DNA from: Paragordius varius
Taxonomy: Eukaryota > Animalia > Nematomorpha
Direction: 5' to 3'
Length of the DNA stretch: 64,000 nt
Assembly: GCA_964247055.1 (NCBI GenBank)
Contig: OZ176052.1
Coordinates: 12,214,001-12,278,000, forward strand
Every line of letters begins with the position of its first letter. The stretch's first letter is position 1. Under the pieces are notes generated by a model, which saw only the letters and a list, made by a program, of their open reading frames with translations, was not told the DNA's origin and did not search any database. A program made the position numbers and the translations under genes. Shown here in pieces: positions 1 through 14,322 of this stretch.

Positions 1-879
1 ATTTCAAAATTAAAATTACAAGCAACGTTTTTCCACACAACTTAAAGCAGCAACATAAAATAAATGACAAAAGTCATTAGAAGGATAAAAACAAACAAAA
101 TAAAAGTACTTACTTACTTACTCAGGTATTAATTGTTATTACAATTTACAAACAAATTTCAGGCATAAATAAAAAAAATGTTTATAGTTTTGGTTAAGAT
201 ATTTTTAAACCCAAAATGTATATATCAGGGAGTTGGTTTTTTGTTTTTGCAAAAAAATCTACTTTATGTACTCTTTCGCGCATTAGCAAAAAACATAAGG
301 AAAAATAAAACGGGATCTGGCTGCCTATCATATAAATTTTTATAAAATTTCATAATTTTTAGTAAATTTTTACAACTGAAAAAAAATTTCAAATGAAAAA
401 ATGCACATTATCTTTTTTTTGCCTAGGCTTTAATTACTGTTTTTTAAATGAAACGTTCTCTCCACTATCTTAAATACTCATGTGTGCATGTACAACAAAG
501 TATAAATAAAAATAAATGTGTGTAATGTGATGTGAGATGAGAGGATAGGAGAGTTCAAAAACCTGAGAACTGAACGAACGAACATAGAGAAGAGATATGT
601 TTGGTGCATGTTTTTTGTGGTTTTTTAGATTTTTCAAACATTTTTTTCTTAAAAATTAAATTTTTTTAGCAGAAAAAAAACAAAAACAAAATGTATATAT
701 GTGTGTGTAAAACATAAGGAGATATGGTTATCGACTGACTGGCTCTTCAATATTTCAATTATAATTACGCAATCATCTCATTTGTAAAGTTCGTTTATAT
801 TAATAAACACACACATCAACCAATATAAATTTTAAAAAGACTTCCAAAAATAAAAATGTATCATAAAATTTATCAAAAC

Positions 880-966
880 CTCTTTTTCCTGTAGCAAAGC
901 TCTGTATTGTGCCGCAATTTTTTTAGCTTGATACTGGCTAGCTTCCACTTCCTGACGCATGATCTC
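880..966 (-). CDS. Probable internal exon of an unidentified coiled-coil protein
   Basis: An AG...GT bounded 87-nt open frame, EIMRQEVEASQYQAKKIAAQYRALLQEKE, GC-richer than its flanks, phase 0 at both ends. Confidence 0.5.
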
Positions 967-3154
967 CTATAGGATAGATAATATTGGAATTGTTTTTAAA
1001 AAATATTTTTACCAAAATTTGAGAGTACAATGTTAAACCATAAAAAACGTAGTAGTTAGTAGAGGTGAGTTGAAATATAGTTGTACAAAACAAAAAGTAT
1101 GCAAATGTTAAATATGATATATGGTTATTCTAAAAACTTGTGTACCTTTATTTCCCCTTCATACAATCAGTAATCTAATTTAACTGAAGGAATAAATAAG
1201 AATAATAAAAAGTAGATAGGTAGGCAGGCAAATGATGAGTCTCGCATACAACAATATTTTAGCGGTTAGCCAAACAGGTAAATTCATTTTGATATAAAAA
1301 AACTTGATATGTAAATATATTAACAACCCTGGATTACAACCAACCACTTGAATGATTAGGGGAAAAAAACTTTTTTATGTTTGAAAAACGGCCAATTTAT
1401 ACAAATTTTAGAAATATATCTCTAATATATATATATGCATGTTTAGCAAAATATAAGATAAGATAAAATTATTTAAAATAATACTAACAAATGAACATAC
1501 AAACATATTTATTTATACGGTTATTACTTCTACATGAGAAAAATTACATTTATAATTTTATACGTTATGTTGGCTAACATGTGTTTTTTAGGAATAAAAA
1601 ACCGAAAAATTCATATGGTTAATTTGTTATATGATGATGATAAAAAAGAGCATTGAATTGTTCAATGACAATTATGCATATAGTCAAAGATAAGGTTAAC
1701 ATATTTGTAAAAATGATTTTACAAGGTTTTACTGTTAGTATTTAGTAACTCTCTGCCCATAAAATAGAATTAAGAAAATACGAATTTTGATTTATTTGTA
1801 AAGAACCCTAAAAACTTAGGGTAAAGCTAAAATAACATTTTTTATATAATGTATCCTTGAACAGAAACAGAGTTAACACAAAATATTAATTTATATAATA
1901 TAAGTATGATAATCTCGTTCAATTTTTTCCTATTGAATAAACAAAAAACCTAATTTGTTATATCTTGATGAAATTTGTGTTAAACCTTGGTTTAATTTGA
2001 TTAATCATAGAGCTGGGTGAAAACGGTTATGAATTTATTTATGACCGTACCGTGACCGCTTATAAAAATAAATCCATTTTTATAATTCACGTAATTTGAA
2101 ATAAATACGGAGTAAATATATAAGTGTTATGATTTGACTGGTCAAATCAACCTTACAAATCAGTTTGCCCTAATTATCATAAACTTAAAAACGCAGATAG
2201 AAAACCTTATTCAAAATGCTATAGTAGAGATATATAAGGTGCTGAGCAAACAGGTATCATCTTATATTATAATAAACCCAATTATCATAGCATTTATCCG
2301 GTTAATATCCACCAATTTTGATTAGTGGATTATCTTTTTAACTATTGCCTTATTCGTCTGCCAATATTATTATAACAGTTAGCGATTAAATATGTAAAAT
2401 ATATTTGATATTTCAAAATTATTTGTACTCTTAAAGTATTTTTTGGTCATAAATTTAATCTAATATATTTTAGATTATAATACATAAATACAATTTTTAA
2501 AAGAGCATTCAAAAATATTGCACTACTAAACATATGTAATGGTTAAACCTAAAATTTTGCTAGAAGAATTAAAATTATTAATCATATTATAGGAAGGAAT
2601 ACATAAACGTTCAAATTAAATAAACTAAACTTATCAGATTAGACAAAAAATAATGTATTTTCAATTTGTCATTTCAAATTTTTTATATATGTTAATAAAT
2701 CTTTGAATATTATATAATGCGTTTATTAGTTGTTACATTTGGCTATAATGATGAGTCAAACATCGAAACTGTGCTGCTACCTAAATATAGTTGACAATAT
2801 TATATCTTAATTGATAATATTGTTGTTTTTTATATAAAAAAATTTTCGGTCACGTGTATCGCAATATAAAACTCTGTATATAAAACTGAACTTAGTGATA
2901 AATTAAAAATTTTATATAAAAACTGTATTTAGATTTTAAGCAAATAATCAAACATTTAATTCATCCAGAATAAAACGACAGTCCAGTGTTGGTTATTTGA
3001 CTTTAGGGTTATAAGAGTAAAAATTTATAAATAGTGACCATATACAGTTTAAATTTAAAACAAATGGAATCAAAAAAGGTAAGCCGTTAAATATTCAGTT
3101 TTATAGGCTAAAAAATTTGCAATTAGTGATACAATAATACTGTTGAAATAGTTA

Positions 3155-3490
3155 ACGATTTGGTGTGGAAAGGAAAGACATTAATATGTAAACAAGGGGA
3201 TTAAGAAATGCATTTTTCCTGTAACGACTTGCAGCAGATAGCAGAAGAAATGCGGCCTTCGAAATAAAGACTTATAAGGTAAAAATGAAATGATAAAAAA
3301 ATTAAATACTGATAGTAACAACTCAGGATTTATTAAAACAAAGTTCATCTATAAGGATTATTTTTATGGAAAACGGCATCTCTTAAAAAAGCTTTAGTTT
3401 TTGGAAAAGTCAAAAAAATAAGCAGGATGACTGGAATGTGCTAAGATCTATGTGGTAGGCGTTAAATTAAAGGAAAAAGAGACAATTGGA
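3155..3490 (+). mobile_element. Decayed RTE-clade non-LTR fragment (post-RT C-terminal region)
   Basis: Interrupted translations IFPVTTCS, AAFEI and ENGISLKKALVFGK resemble the RTE motifs VFPVVMYGCESW, DAFELW and SLEKTLMLGK; many stops and frameshifts. Confidence 0.45.
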
Positions 3491-4008
3491 AAGAATTAAC
3501 ATAATTTTCAAGGATCGATTCGATCTAGAAATTTCGTAGCGATTTTCACCTGCATTCACTATATCTACTTCGCTCTGTCATGCGTGAGATTGAGTGGAAC
3601 ACTGAAAAATTTATAGCATTAAAATAACGAAATTTTAGGATGTAATTGAATTCAATCGAAGGGATATGGTTTCTGATTGGCTTCGAAAAATTGTTTCAAA
3701 ACACGATTTTGAGCTTGTTTAAATAAAAAAACCATATTCTAAAACAGGGTGGGAGGAAAAGCGAAATCGACGCTCACTGGATTGATTAACGACCGAAAAT
3801 ACCATTTATTGTAATTAAATAAACTATACATCAACTTTTCCAACATTTTCCCGAATAAATATAAATTCAATATAGAAAAAAATTTCAACTCAGTTTTATT
3901 AAGGAAGTCTTAAAAAAGAATTCAAGCGCCAGGAAGTTTGGATATATGCGAGTATAAATTTTGTATAAAATATGACATATTCTATGGAAAAAATATATTT
4001 ATAATATA

Positions 4009-4590
4009 TCAGGTGTGGTCATAAGTTACCGGTTAACTAAAAGAAGACCTAAGCACAAAGTATGCAGACGATTATACAGACTCTATTTTATTAATCTTTC
4101 CGCAAGAAGACCGTGCTCTGTGTGGGTGTGGTGGGAACAGAACAATATTGTGTATTATAAACTTGTGAAACCGTTAATACACAACGCTCTCGACAACAGA
4201 TGATTAATTTTAACATTGCATTAATCGAAAAAGGACGGGAATGGCCAGAAGGATGGCATAATGATTTTGCCATCGTCTTACACAGCAAAATCACTGAAAG
4301 ACACCATGAAATCGCTTTTATGGGAAATGCATACGCTGAATTTTTTAGACCTGGTGCCACCTGACTAATACAACTTCGAATCAATGGGACGCAGAGCAGC
4401 ACTTTAATAATTCGAAGATGTTGAAAAATGGCTTGACGAATGGTTTTCCGCAAAGGAAAATCAGTTTTTTGGCAAGGCATTTATATACGGATGGACGGAA
4501 GTGTGTAGAATGTATACAATATTTTGAATAAAATAATTGTTTTCTTTCAAAATTACATGTGATCCAAAAAACCGATAGAAATTTATAACT
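4009..4590 (+). mobile_element. Internally deleted mariner (Mos1-like) transposon remnant
   Basis: TA followed by TCAGGTGT...CGGTT resembles the Mos1 TIR. From 4104 to 4531 frameshifted segments read KTVLCVWVWW.QNNIVYYKLVKP, NTQRSRQQMINFNIALIEK, DLVP, AEQHFN, EDVEKWLDEWFSAKENQ, WQGI and YFE*, matching the mariner DD34D catalytic domain and C-terminus. The right TIR is not clearly preserved. Confidence 0.85.
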
Positions 4591-5811
4591 AGTAATAAGT
4601 GTGTCCTGTCAAGCGTTGTGTTGTATTTGTAATAAAATATTTTTAACAATAAAATAAGACAATAGGGCAAAGGAAAAGATTATGGGCTAACACGAATAAA
4701 GTAAAAATGCTCTTTACAATTTCGGTGCATGTTTTTTTTAATCCTTCTTTTGATTTAATGGCATACAAATACGCTTATAATTTAATTTTATATAATATCA
4801 AGTTCTTAGTACAAATACTTATGATAATTTTAGTACTGGTTTTAAAAAATTCGACTATGCTCGGGCCATAAATGAACATAAAACAACTTTTATTGCTTTG
4901 AATGGGCATACACGTTTTCCAGAATCAAACTAGCATTTTTTTAATATATAGATAACTGTTGTGAAAAGAATGAAGAAAAAAAGTTTTGTTTCATATCAGG
5001 ACAATGTTAAAAAATTTTAATTTCTTGACCATAAGTTTATTTTGCTAGTAATAAGGGAGATTTTAAAACATTATTTCACTGATAGTGTGGCTAAACACAG
5101 GACTTCAAAAGAGTGACTTTAACATAATCAACTAATTAATAAAGAAAATGCATAATATCCAAAATCGAATTCGAATGGGGAACACCGGAAAATTACTTAG
5201 AGTCGATTTTTTGTTTGAAAGCAGATTAATTTGGACTAGTTCTACCTATTGCTAAAATGAAAGCGCTGATATATTATCTAGATGATGTTTTTTCTATATA
5301 CATATAAATATTAGTTTCCCCTTTATTTTAATCCAAGATAAATGTGAAAAAACCGTTTTTTGAATTTGTGCGGGTTCATAAACTGGGTGCATTTCGAATT
5401 ACTTTAACTTTATTGTACAAACATTAGCGGAATTATTGTTGTTAAATTAGTTTAATCGTCTAGGCGCTTAACGAGCATAAATTAATTAATTAATATAAAA
5501 ATATTTTAATATTGACTAACTTGAGACAGAAGACTAACTGGAAAATATTTACATATTTGTGCTATTCGAAATATGCGGTCCAAAATCAACAGGAATTAAT
5601 ATTAAATGCACTTATTAAAAAAAATTTACTCATAATATACAATTAATTAAGATTCTAAAAGTATACAGATTATATGGTGCTACTAAAGTACTTATCAATA
5701 GTTTGTAATGCTGAATAAAAATAAAAAAATATACAGTTTATAATCTCTTTATTTTTTTATATTAAAGGGTAGGGACTTAAATTGAATCCGAACTTAGGCT
5801 TTATAACTCAC

Positions 5812-5880
5812 CAGCTCAGGGTTGAGAGTTATGATGGAAAAATGAATAGTTTCTGGCACGCAGTGTAAAAGTCCGGCGCA
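5812..5880 (-). CDS. Possible small exon, may splice to 880..966
   Basis: TAG|...|GTGAGT bounded 69-nt open frame CAGLLHCVPETIHFSIITLNPEL, phase 0-0. Confidence 0.3.
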
Positions 5881-8120
5881 CTACCTACTATAGAAAGATG
5901 AAATTTAATTACAGTTACACTGGACAACAAATTTTTCTGCCATTCGAGTTTTTTGCTTTTTCTGATATTTACCATCATTTTAACATAATTCTGAAAAAAA
6001 ATTAGATTTCCACCTAAGAATTTTATATAATATGAAGGTGTATTATGCGCCATCTTTATCGAAATTTTACTATTAAATGTTTTTCTTTAAAATTATACAA
6101 GATATGCCCATTTATGATATATCATTCGAAAGAGTAATAAAAACTCTACAAAATGCATACTAATATGGATTACATCGACAGTTTATATTGGACTTAAAGA
6201 GCGACAAACGCGCGAAGAGTGTTTTTAATTAATATATTTTTAAAACTAATGGATGAAAATATCAAAATTTGTCTAGATGGTGATGAATGTCCAAAAAAGA
6301 TAAAACAAGAAAGTTTTTTGATTAAAACATTTTTTTATTGCTTTTACTCAAAACAGCCATTTTTAAGTTTTAAAAAATTACCATCTCATCAATATCAATT
6401 TATTATCTTTACGAGACTTATAATTTCAATATATTAAAAAAACAAAGTTTAAGGTATTTTTGATCTTTTATAACCATTATGTAATAAATTTACAGTTATA
6501 ACTATGCATTTTAGTATTCACTATGTAAAATAATTATGATAATAATAATTTTTATTAAAAAAGCAAACCAAAAGCTTTTTCACAGATTTTTTTAAAATAA
6601 GTACTAATATAACCCTAATAATTATATTAAAATAATTTATATGATTTTAAAATTAGTTTTTCTGTGAAAATTTTTGACTTATTTAAGGGTTGAAAATTTC
6701 GACCATATAAACCCAAATAACTTTTACATCCGATTGATTTAAATGACTTACTACCATTTGAAAGATACATTTTTTCGCGCTCTTTTGAATGATATAAAAT
6801 ACATGGCTTCATATCTAAAACTTTTAATTTTAAAAACTTCGCGTTTAATGTTAAATCGGGGCCAAAAATTATCGATAAACTCTAATATAAAATTGGATGG
6901 ACCAATTTTCTTTTCAGATATACTAATGTATTTGAATGAAATGGAATTTAAATTTACAAGAATGACAGTTATAAAAAGTCTAAAAATTTTGTCCAGTCTT
7001 ATCCATAAAAATATTTTTATATTGAAAAGTCACATTGATGTCATTAAGTCAAACATCATTTGAATTGGTATTAGCTTAAATAACAAAATAAATACAGTGA
7101 CCCCATCATACTGGCCTTTAATTAAAAAACTACACATATACACTAATTTGCTTATGCTGATCGTTATGCATTTTTCTAATTTTAAATATGAACCCGAATT
7201 TTTGTTGAAAAAAACAAGTTTGAGGGCAAAATGACCCAAAAATAATTGAAAAATTAAATTTGTTAAATTTTATTATTATTATTTTCAAATACATGTGTAA
7301 AATTATTAGTTATTACATATTATGTAATAATAATTAATATAAATTATATTTTAAAAACAAAAAATAATTTTAATCATTTTATAAAAAAACTTAGTGCTCA
7401 TGTATTTCTCTACAGGGTTAGTTATTGTCGGGGAATCCACGCGCTAATTTTGATATATAGCGATCCTCTCCAAATATTCCGCGGCATAAATTCAAAAAAA
7501 ATTAATAATCTGGCAAATTTTTATAATTTAGATTAGATATTTAAAAAACAGACATGATTCAATTTAAGAGACTTGAATGTGTTAAACAAATTTCGGACTA
7601 CATGATATATTAGCAATAAGTTAAAAATATCTCAGCAAATTTTATATTCAAATTACGAATATTTACACTTAAGTGTCCTCTATTATAAGAGTAAGGTGAG
7701 AAAACTAACTTTGAAAATTATATATATTTATATATATATATATATATATTATATGGCATAAGAGTAAAAAAACAAGATTAGGTGAGAGTGCCCAAAAGAG
7801 TTAATTTTATTTTAAAGGTTTATAAATAAAGAAATAATTAATATTTAAAAATACCTGTGTTGGATCATTAGTGCTTGATTGATTATCTGGTAATTCAAGT
7901 TGATTATGTGTATCTATGTATAATGTTTAATAAAACCGATAGTATCTTCGATCAGAACATCCTTCGTAAAATTTGAAATTTGGGTTTTTAAGCTGGCTAA
8001 ATTTGTACCGAACCATGCCATAATAAAATTATCATATGGTTAAAATAACAGTACCCACGTATGATTGCCTACATTAGGCTAATGCTGCTCTAAATTACAA
8101 ACTAAATAAAATCGCTTTAA

Positions 8121-8702
8121 CACTTGGATACAACACACTCATTTTAGTCCTTCGATTCAAATTGGGGTAGTTGGATACCCCAGGCCTGTTTAAAATCAAA
8201 TACTTTAAAAAGTATGGAAGGAATCGAAACCATGGCATAATTTTGCACTTATATAACATTAATAAACCGAAATATATAAAAAAATTTATTTAAAAATACT
8301 TGATATTACTTATTTTGAGCTAAAACCGAAAGGTAAAAATTTCGTCAACGTGACATGTGTCAAATTTTAAAATTAAAAAATAATACAAAATAAACCGCTT
8401 TTTCTATATCTATCAATGTTAGATGTAATTTATATAAATAAATAGCTTTAGTTTTACCCTTAAAATTAAATGAAGACGATATTTTGCAAAAATTTTGTAA
8501 AATAAAAATGGCGTCGAAGTAGTTTGAGATGGAACTTTTTTTTCAAAACAAAATTTTATCAAGATATTTTGGCATATTTATATAATATTTATCAGGATAG
8601 AAGCATAAATTTAAATTAGGACCGTTTCCTTCAGTAGTTTTTTAAAAATTTTAATTTAAATTTAGTCTGGGGTATTTAGATACCCCAATTTGAATCGAAG
8701 TG
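8121..8702 (+). mobile_element. piggyBac-like TTAA MITE, complete copy (582 bp)
   Basis: TTAA on both sides (8117-8120, 8703-8706). Termini are CACTTGGAT and, in reverse complement, CACTTCGAT. GGGGTA...TACCCC hairpins lie near both ends. Many homologous copies occur in the window. Confidence 0.85.
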
Positions 8703-9194
8703 TTAATGATTTTGATTATTTAGTATACCAAATACCTAATCTAATTCATAATATATAGACCACAATAAAGTAATATTATATGAAAATTATATTTTTAACT
8801 CGTCATTTTCACTTTTTTGTCTTAGTTGATATATTGGTATAGTTTTATATCCCAGAACTCAATAATAAGCTACTGTTTCAAAAAAGCTGATGCCTCAAAA
8901 TAAATAGGATTTACGCTCAAATTTTAGCTAGAAATAAATTTGAAATAAGTAAGCTATTTTAAAAAAAATTTTAGTTACCATTGCTTTTATTTAACCTTTT
9001 TTGCAATGTAGGCATTTTTGCATTTAGTTAAAAAACTTGCCCATTTTGGAAGAACCAAAAAACTACTATTTTTGGTGCCCACATCTAAAAATAAATTTTT
9101 TTTATAAATATCATTTTTGCTTTTTATATGCAGTTAGATTTAACATCGATTTAATTGGGGCAACAAAATACCACAGATTATATTTAGAAGATAT

Positions 9195-9691
9195 TTTCAA
9201 AACTACTCAAAGAAACGGTTTTATAAAATTTATGCTTCTATTCTAATAAAAATTATATAATCCAAAAAATCTTAATAAAATTCCGTTTAACAAAGTTCCA
9301 TATCAAACTACTTCATCGCCATTTTAATTTTACAACATTTTTGAATATATATCGGGTTTATTTAATTCTACAGTTGAAATTAAAGCTAATATTTTATTAT
9401 ACATCTAATATTGAGAAACAAAAAATTTGGTTTATTTGGTATTATTTTTAAATTTTGCTAATGCAAACATGTATTATTGACTGAATTTTTGGCTTTGGGT
9501 TTTAACTTAAGATAAGTTATATCAATATTTTTGAATGAAGTTTTTTTATATTTCGGTTATACAGGTGCAAAATTTTGCCATGGTTTCAATTCATTTCATA
9601 TTTTTGTTATATTAAATTTTAAACAGCCCTGGGGTATCTAGCTACCCCAATTTGAATTGTAGGACTGAAATCAATGTCTTTTATTTAAGTG
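9195..9691 (-). mobile_element. piggyBac-like TTAA MITE, diverged and truncated copy
   Basis: Homologous to 8121..8702 in reverse orientation (aaactacttc..cgccatttt, ggggtatctagctacccc, terminal aagtg). Confidence 0.7.
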
Positions 9692-10182
9692 TCAATAATA
9701 TTTTTGGAATAAGGCACTTAGCTTATCAGAATAAAAAAAATGTGGACACATTTTGCCATTTTTTAATATGGAGCATTTAGCACAAAATTAAATGATTTTC
9801 CCTTATCACTTAGCTAAAATTCTGAACAGAATATATATAAATTATATCAATTTAATTAATTGTGGGCACTGTATGCCCTAAAAAGCTTAAACCATATAAA
9901 ATTTTGCCTGGTACCTTATATTTAGGATATAATTTCAAAAACTACCCCAAAAGGTCATGAAGTTTAGCAATTCATTTTATATCACAGCTGTTTTCCAGAT
10001 CGGAGCTTGCATAAACCGACTTATATTTTAAAATTTCTTCTAATAAAAAATTGTCAAAACTTTTTTCAATATTGAATAAAACCTATAAGTTTCACAGGTT
10101 ATTAGCAACTATTGAACCTAATTCTTATAGCTCAAAAAAAGATTGAAGAAGAATCGTATTAAAATATATACTTTTAAAATAA

Positions 10183-10718
10183 CACTTCGATCAAATTGGG
10201 GTATCTAAATATACTAGTTAATATTTATGCTGATTTTGAAAAACACTGAAAGAAACGGTTTCAATTCATTATGCTTCTATCCTAATAATTAAATAGATAA
10301 ACCAAAATATCGAAATAAAATTTAGTTTTGAAAAAAAAGTTCCTATCATACCACTTAGACGCCATTTTATTTAACAACATTTTCGCAAAATATCGTGATT
10401 TGATTTTAAGGCTAAAAGTTTACTTTATTAAAACCACATTAAACATTGATATAAACAAAAAACTGGCATATTTTGCATTATTTTTATATTAGCTTATGCA
10501 CACATAAGAGCTAAATTAACTTTGGGTTTTACATTAAAGTAAGTAACACAAGTATTTGTAGAAATTGTTATTATATTTCTGTTGATTAATGATAAATTCT
10601 TACTTTTGCCATGGCATTTTATTCAATAATTTTAAATATTTAATTTTAAACAAGCCTGGGGTACCGAACTACCCGAATTTGAGTCAAAATACTGAAACGA
10701 ATGCGTCGTATTTAAGTA
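10183..10718 (-). mobile_element. piggyBac-like TTAA MITE, diverged copy
   Basis: Begins taacacttcgatcaaattggggtatctaaata; internal and far-end homology to the family. Confidence 0.75.
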
Positions 10719-11989
10719 CCAAAAGCTATCAAATTTATTATTTACATTTTCAACCATAATATGCATTTAATGCTAGTCGTATTAGCGAATTAAAATATTC
10801 AAAAGAAAAATGGTTTCGAAAAAGTATGAGAAGATTCATTAGGCATTGGTAAATAAAATTTTTTTATCATCGCGTAAAAGGCTGAAAAAAGATATTTTTG
10901 GCAGTAGTGAAAATATTTTTTAAATTTTTTTATTTTAAATGACGTGGAGCAGAACCGCAAAAGGTCTTACATAATAAACAACACATTTATTGATATCTTA
11001 TTTTTATATATTAATGTTTTTAAACTTCATGACCTTTTTTGTCCGCGATGAAATATTGGGGTAGTTTTATAACCAGAACTTAATGTTGCAAAGAAACTAC
11101 TGTTTTCAAGACTGTTTTGGTTAAAATTTCAATATAAAAGATTCTCTCGTTTTATAAAAAAAGTTAATATACATAGTTTTGTAACTTCTAGAGTCTAATA
11201 TTGTCGCTCCTTAAATCGATTTAATAAAAACTGATTTTACTTGATTTTCTAACCATAATATACTTTCTTTTTAAAAAAATTAACACTCTCATATTGGGGT
11301 AATTTTATATTCCTGGACGATTTTAAATTAAAATATTTAAAAATTAAGGTATTAAGGCAAATTTAAATATTATTTCAGGCGCATTATAGATAAAAAATTT
11401 AAACTTTAAAAATTATAAAAAAATCCTCATCTCAATTTTCGCCGCCTTTTTTCTATAAATTTTTGTCGCCAATGTTACAATAAATAAATTTATATTATGA
11501 TAAATGCAAATAATTGACTTTAAAATTAACTTACATTATACAAGCAAAAACTTGATTTTATTAATCAGCTGTTCAATCGTGTTTTGGAGCTTTTTAGACT
11601 CGTTTTTATATTTATACATACGACCAAAATCGGTGCGTATAAAAAAAGCCGACGAATATATATATTCTGTATGTTTTAAGAAACTTATTTACACTTTTGT
11701 GGTGAATGCTTCATGTCATAAAATGGCAATTGCGCACATTGTTTCAAATATATATAGCTTATTAACTATACTAACTCCCATTAACACATCTAACATAAAG
11801 GCATTTATTTATGTATGTAGATACTAACAACCCAATTTCCGATGTGTTTCTCCGCTCTGAAGCTCATTTCATTACGGGTGGGCAGGGATTGCCATGACGG
11901 CAGGTGGCCGACAATCTTCCGACGCTGCACCCTTTTTTCAAATGAAACTATTTAGGTGAAAGCCAAATGTTCATTCCGAAAAATAACGC

Positions 11990-12900
11990 TTAATTATGGC
12001 ATAAAGAATAAAGCAAAACAATATTTAAAAAAAATTTAATACTAGATATGGGCTTCGAAAATACTAAAACTTTTCGCTTTTTTAAAATAGGCTAGTTCTT
12101 TTACACAGTGAGCACAAAAAAATAACGAACATGAGAAGACCCCAAATATAGGGGCAAAAATGCGCCCCAAAATGGCTGTTTGCTCAATAAGTTTAAAAAA
12201 TAGGGTAGAAAAATCTATTTCTAGTCAAAAATGATTTTGGGGTCTCATTTGCCAAGGGATTTCTTATTATTCTAGAAAAAACTAATGTTCGTTTATTTTT
12301 TTAGCCCCCGCCAGGTTTCGCGAAATAAAATTTAATATAGATGCTAAATTAACTAAAAATATTTTGAAGAATATGTACTTTTTTCAAAAATAAATTTTAC
12401 AAAATTTTTTTGAAACCTACTTTATAATATTTTGAGGCCTTATAAAAACAGAAAACGGTTAAAGATATTATGAAAACTTTAATCAATAATGCTAAATATT
12501 CGCTCCACATTTTTAATTTAAAGGTTCGTTTATTTTCAAAACTTTGATAATCGTTAAAAAAGAGTATTTTGATTTAACATAATTTTGAAGACGAACGAAT
12601 GTTTTAATTTAAATTCTGAGGTGATAGAAATGTAGCGTATCAACGAAAAAGGTTTTACCGTTTCCATCATGTGTCAAAATAGTGTGAAGTATGCTTCAAC
12701 AAAATGCAAAAATCATATTTTTGATTGAAGTAGGTAAAAGCTTGCATAAAGTTTTATCACGCAAGTCTGCAACTTTTGACTTTAATGAAAACTAGCCTAT
12801 TTAGCAAAAAAATTGGTACTTTTGGAGCGAACATCACAATTTTTTAAAATATTGCTTTTTATAGGTAGTCTATGATAAATTTTATTTAGCTCTTAATAAA
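11990..12900. repeat. Degenerate inverted-repeat (foldback/MITE-like) element
   Basis: The segment ~12000-12100 (aaacaatatttaaaaaaa...aaaataggctagtt) is mirrored at ~12785-12870 (aactagcctattt...tttttaaatattgcttt). Confidence 0.4.
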
Positions 12901-14322
12901 AAATTTTTAATATAATATGAGCAAATTTTGACATTTACCGATATGGGGCATTTACCACAAAACTGTAAAATTTTATAACACTCGTAACGGCCAAAACCAA
13001 AAGGCCCATAATAATTCTCATATATTTCTTATCAGAATAATTATATTTCATAAGGTATTTTTTGAGGATATTGTGTATATGAGAACAATGTTTGATAAAT
13101 AAATAAGTAAATTAGCTTTAATGTAGTTTATTTGTAGAATGAAGCTCTGTAGAACTCTCCCAAGAGGTGTGCTCGGACAAAAAAGTGAAAAGGTTAAGAA
13201 GTGGGAATAAAGAGCAAAAATAATGAGGTTTGCAATTTTACATTTTTAAAAATAATTTAATGCATAATATTAGCTAAAAAAATATATTAAATATTTTTTA
13301 ATATATTTAAATCGATCTAGGATTTAAACTTCAAAAGTAATTAAATATATTATACGTGCGTTCTATATTGAGATCAAATCATCTGTCATGGATTCAAATA
13401 TTGATCATTATTTAAAAAAAATTCACAAGTTGCACAAAAAGCAAACCGACAAATTCGAATATATTATAAAAAAATACGAGAAAACTATAAAATACTTAAA
13501 AAAAGAAAACGATGAACTGCGAGGAAAAATATTGTATATAATTGTTATAATCCAGATCCTATACATTACCACAAAGCCCAATCTTGGGTACTTATCCAAA
13601 TGAGTACTCTGCACAAATTTATTCAAAAAGAAAATTACAATTTGAAAAATCATCTAAAATAATTGTGACCGAAAACGCTGATTCCGAAATTTCGTAAATT
13701 AATTATATATATGTAGATTTTCAAAATCCATATTTCCTATTAAAGAATGTCTTGAAAATATAAAAAAGGTAATTTTTGACTAATGTACGCCTATAAACTA
13801 TTATTGTTTATAATGTTTTTCAAATTCAGTTGGAATTTTAAATTGTCTGCTTTTTTGCGATTAGTGAATTTTTGCTTTAATAATTCACTAAATATATATA
13901 GATATAATGTTATCGAAAATATACCTTCAATAAATAATAAAACTATAAAAATCCTTATTTTATAAGCATAAGTCTGCAAATGGTGTTAAAATTAAAAGGA
14001 AAATCAAGAAAAAGGTTTTGAACACCCCAGAACATTTTTGGTCAATTGGGATGCCATCGAACGAAACTCAGGATGTTTGTTTATAAATTCATATATATTT
14101 TAAATTTTTATATGTTTTGTGTTTAATAAATTTCAAATTCTATCTGTTTATTACTTAAATGGTTATGCATATTAAATGTTGTTTGCTGTACGCATATGTA
14201 TGATTTCATAACAGTCATATAAACCAATATATAACGCTATTTATGAACCTATTAGTTTATAACAGATTTGTTCTTATCAAATAATAGACCTGATTTACGT
14301 CCAAACTTTCACGCTTTTTCAA

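Noticed and set aside
2008-2075. hAT-like left end TAGAGCTGGG..AAAACGGTTA
   Set aside because: No matching right TIR or TSD was found, so it was not called as a feature.
2750-2785. Hammerhead-like ATGATGAGTC...CGAAACTGT
   Set aside because: C3 is missing, stem II does not pair, and the cleavage triplet ends in G. At best an ancient relic.
4091-4480. 129-aa minus-strand ORF
   Set aside because: It is the antisense shadow of the plus-strand mariner transposase remnant.
13388-13603. 71-aa lysine-rich coiled-coil-like ORF
   Set aside because: Its length and composition are expected by chance in A-rich DNA, with no splice or homology support.
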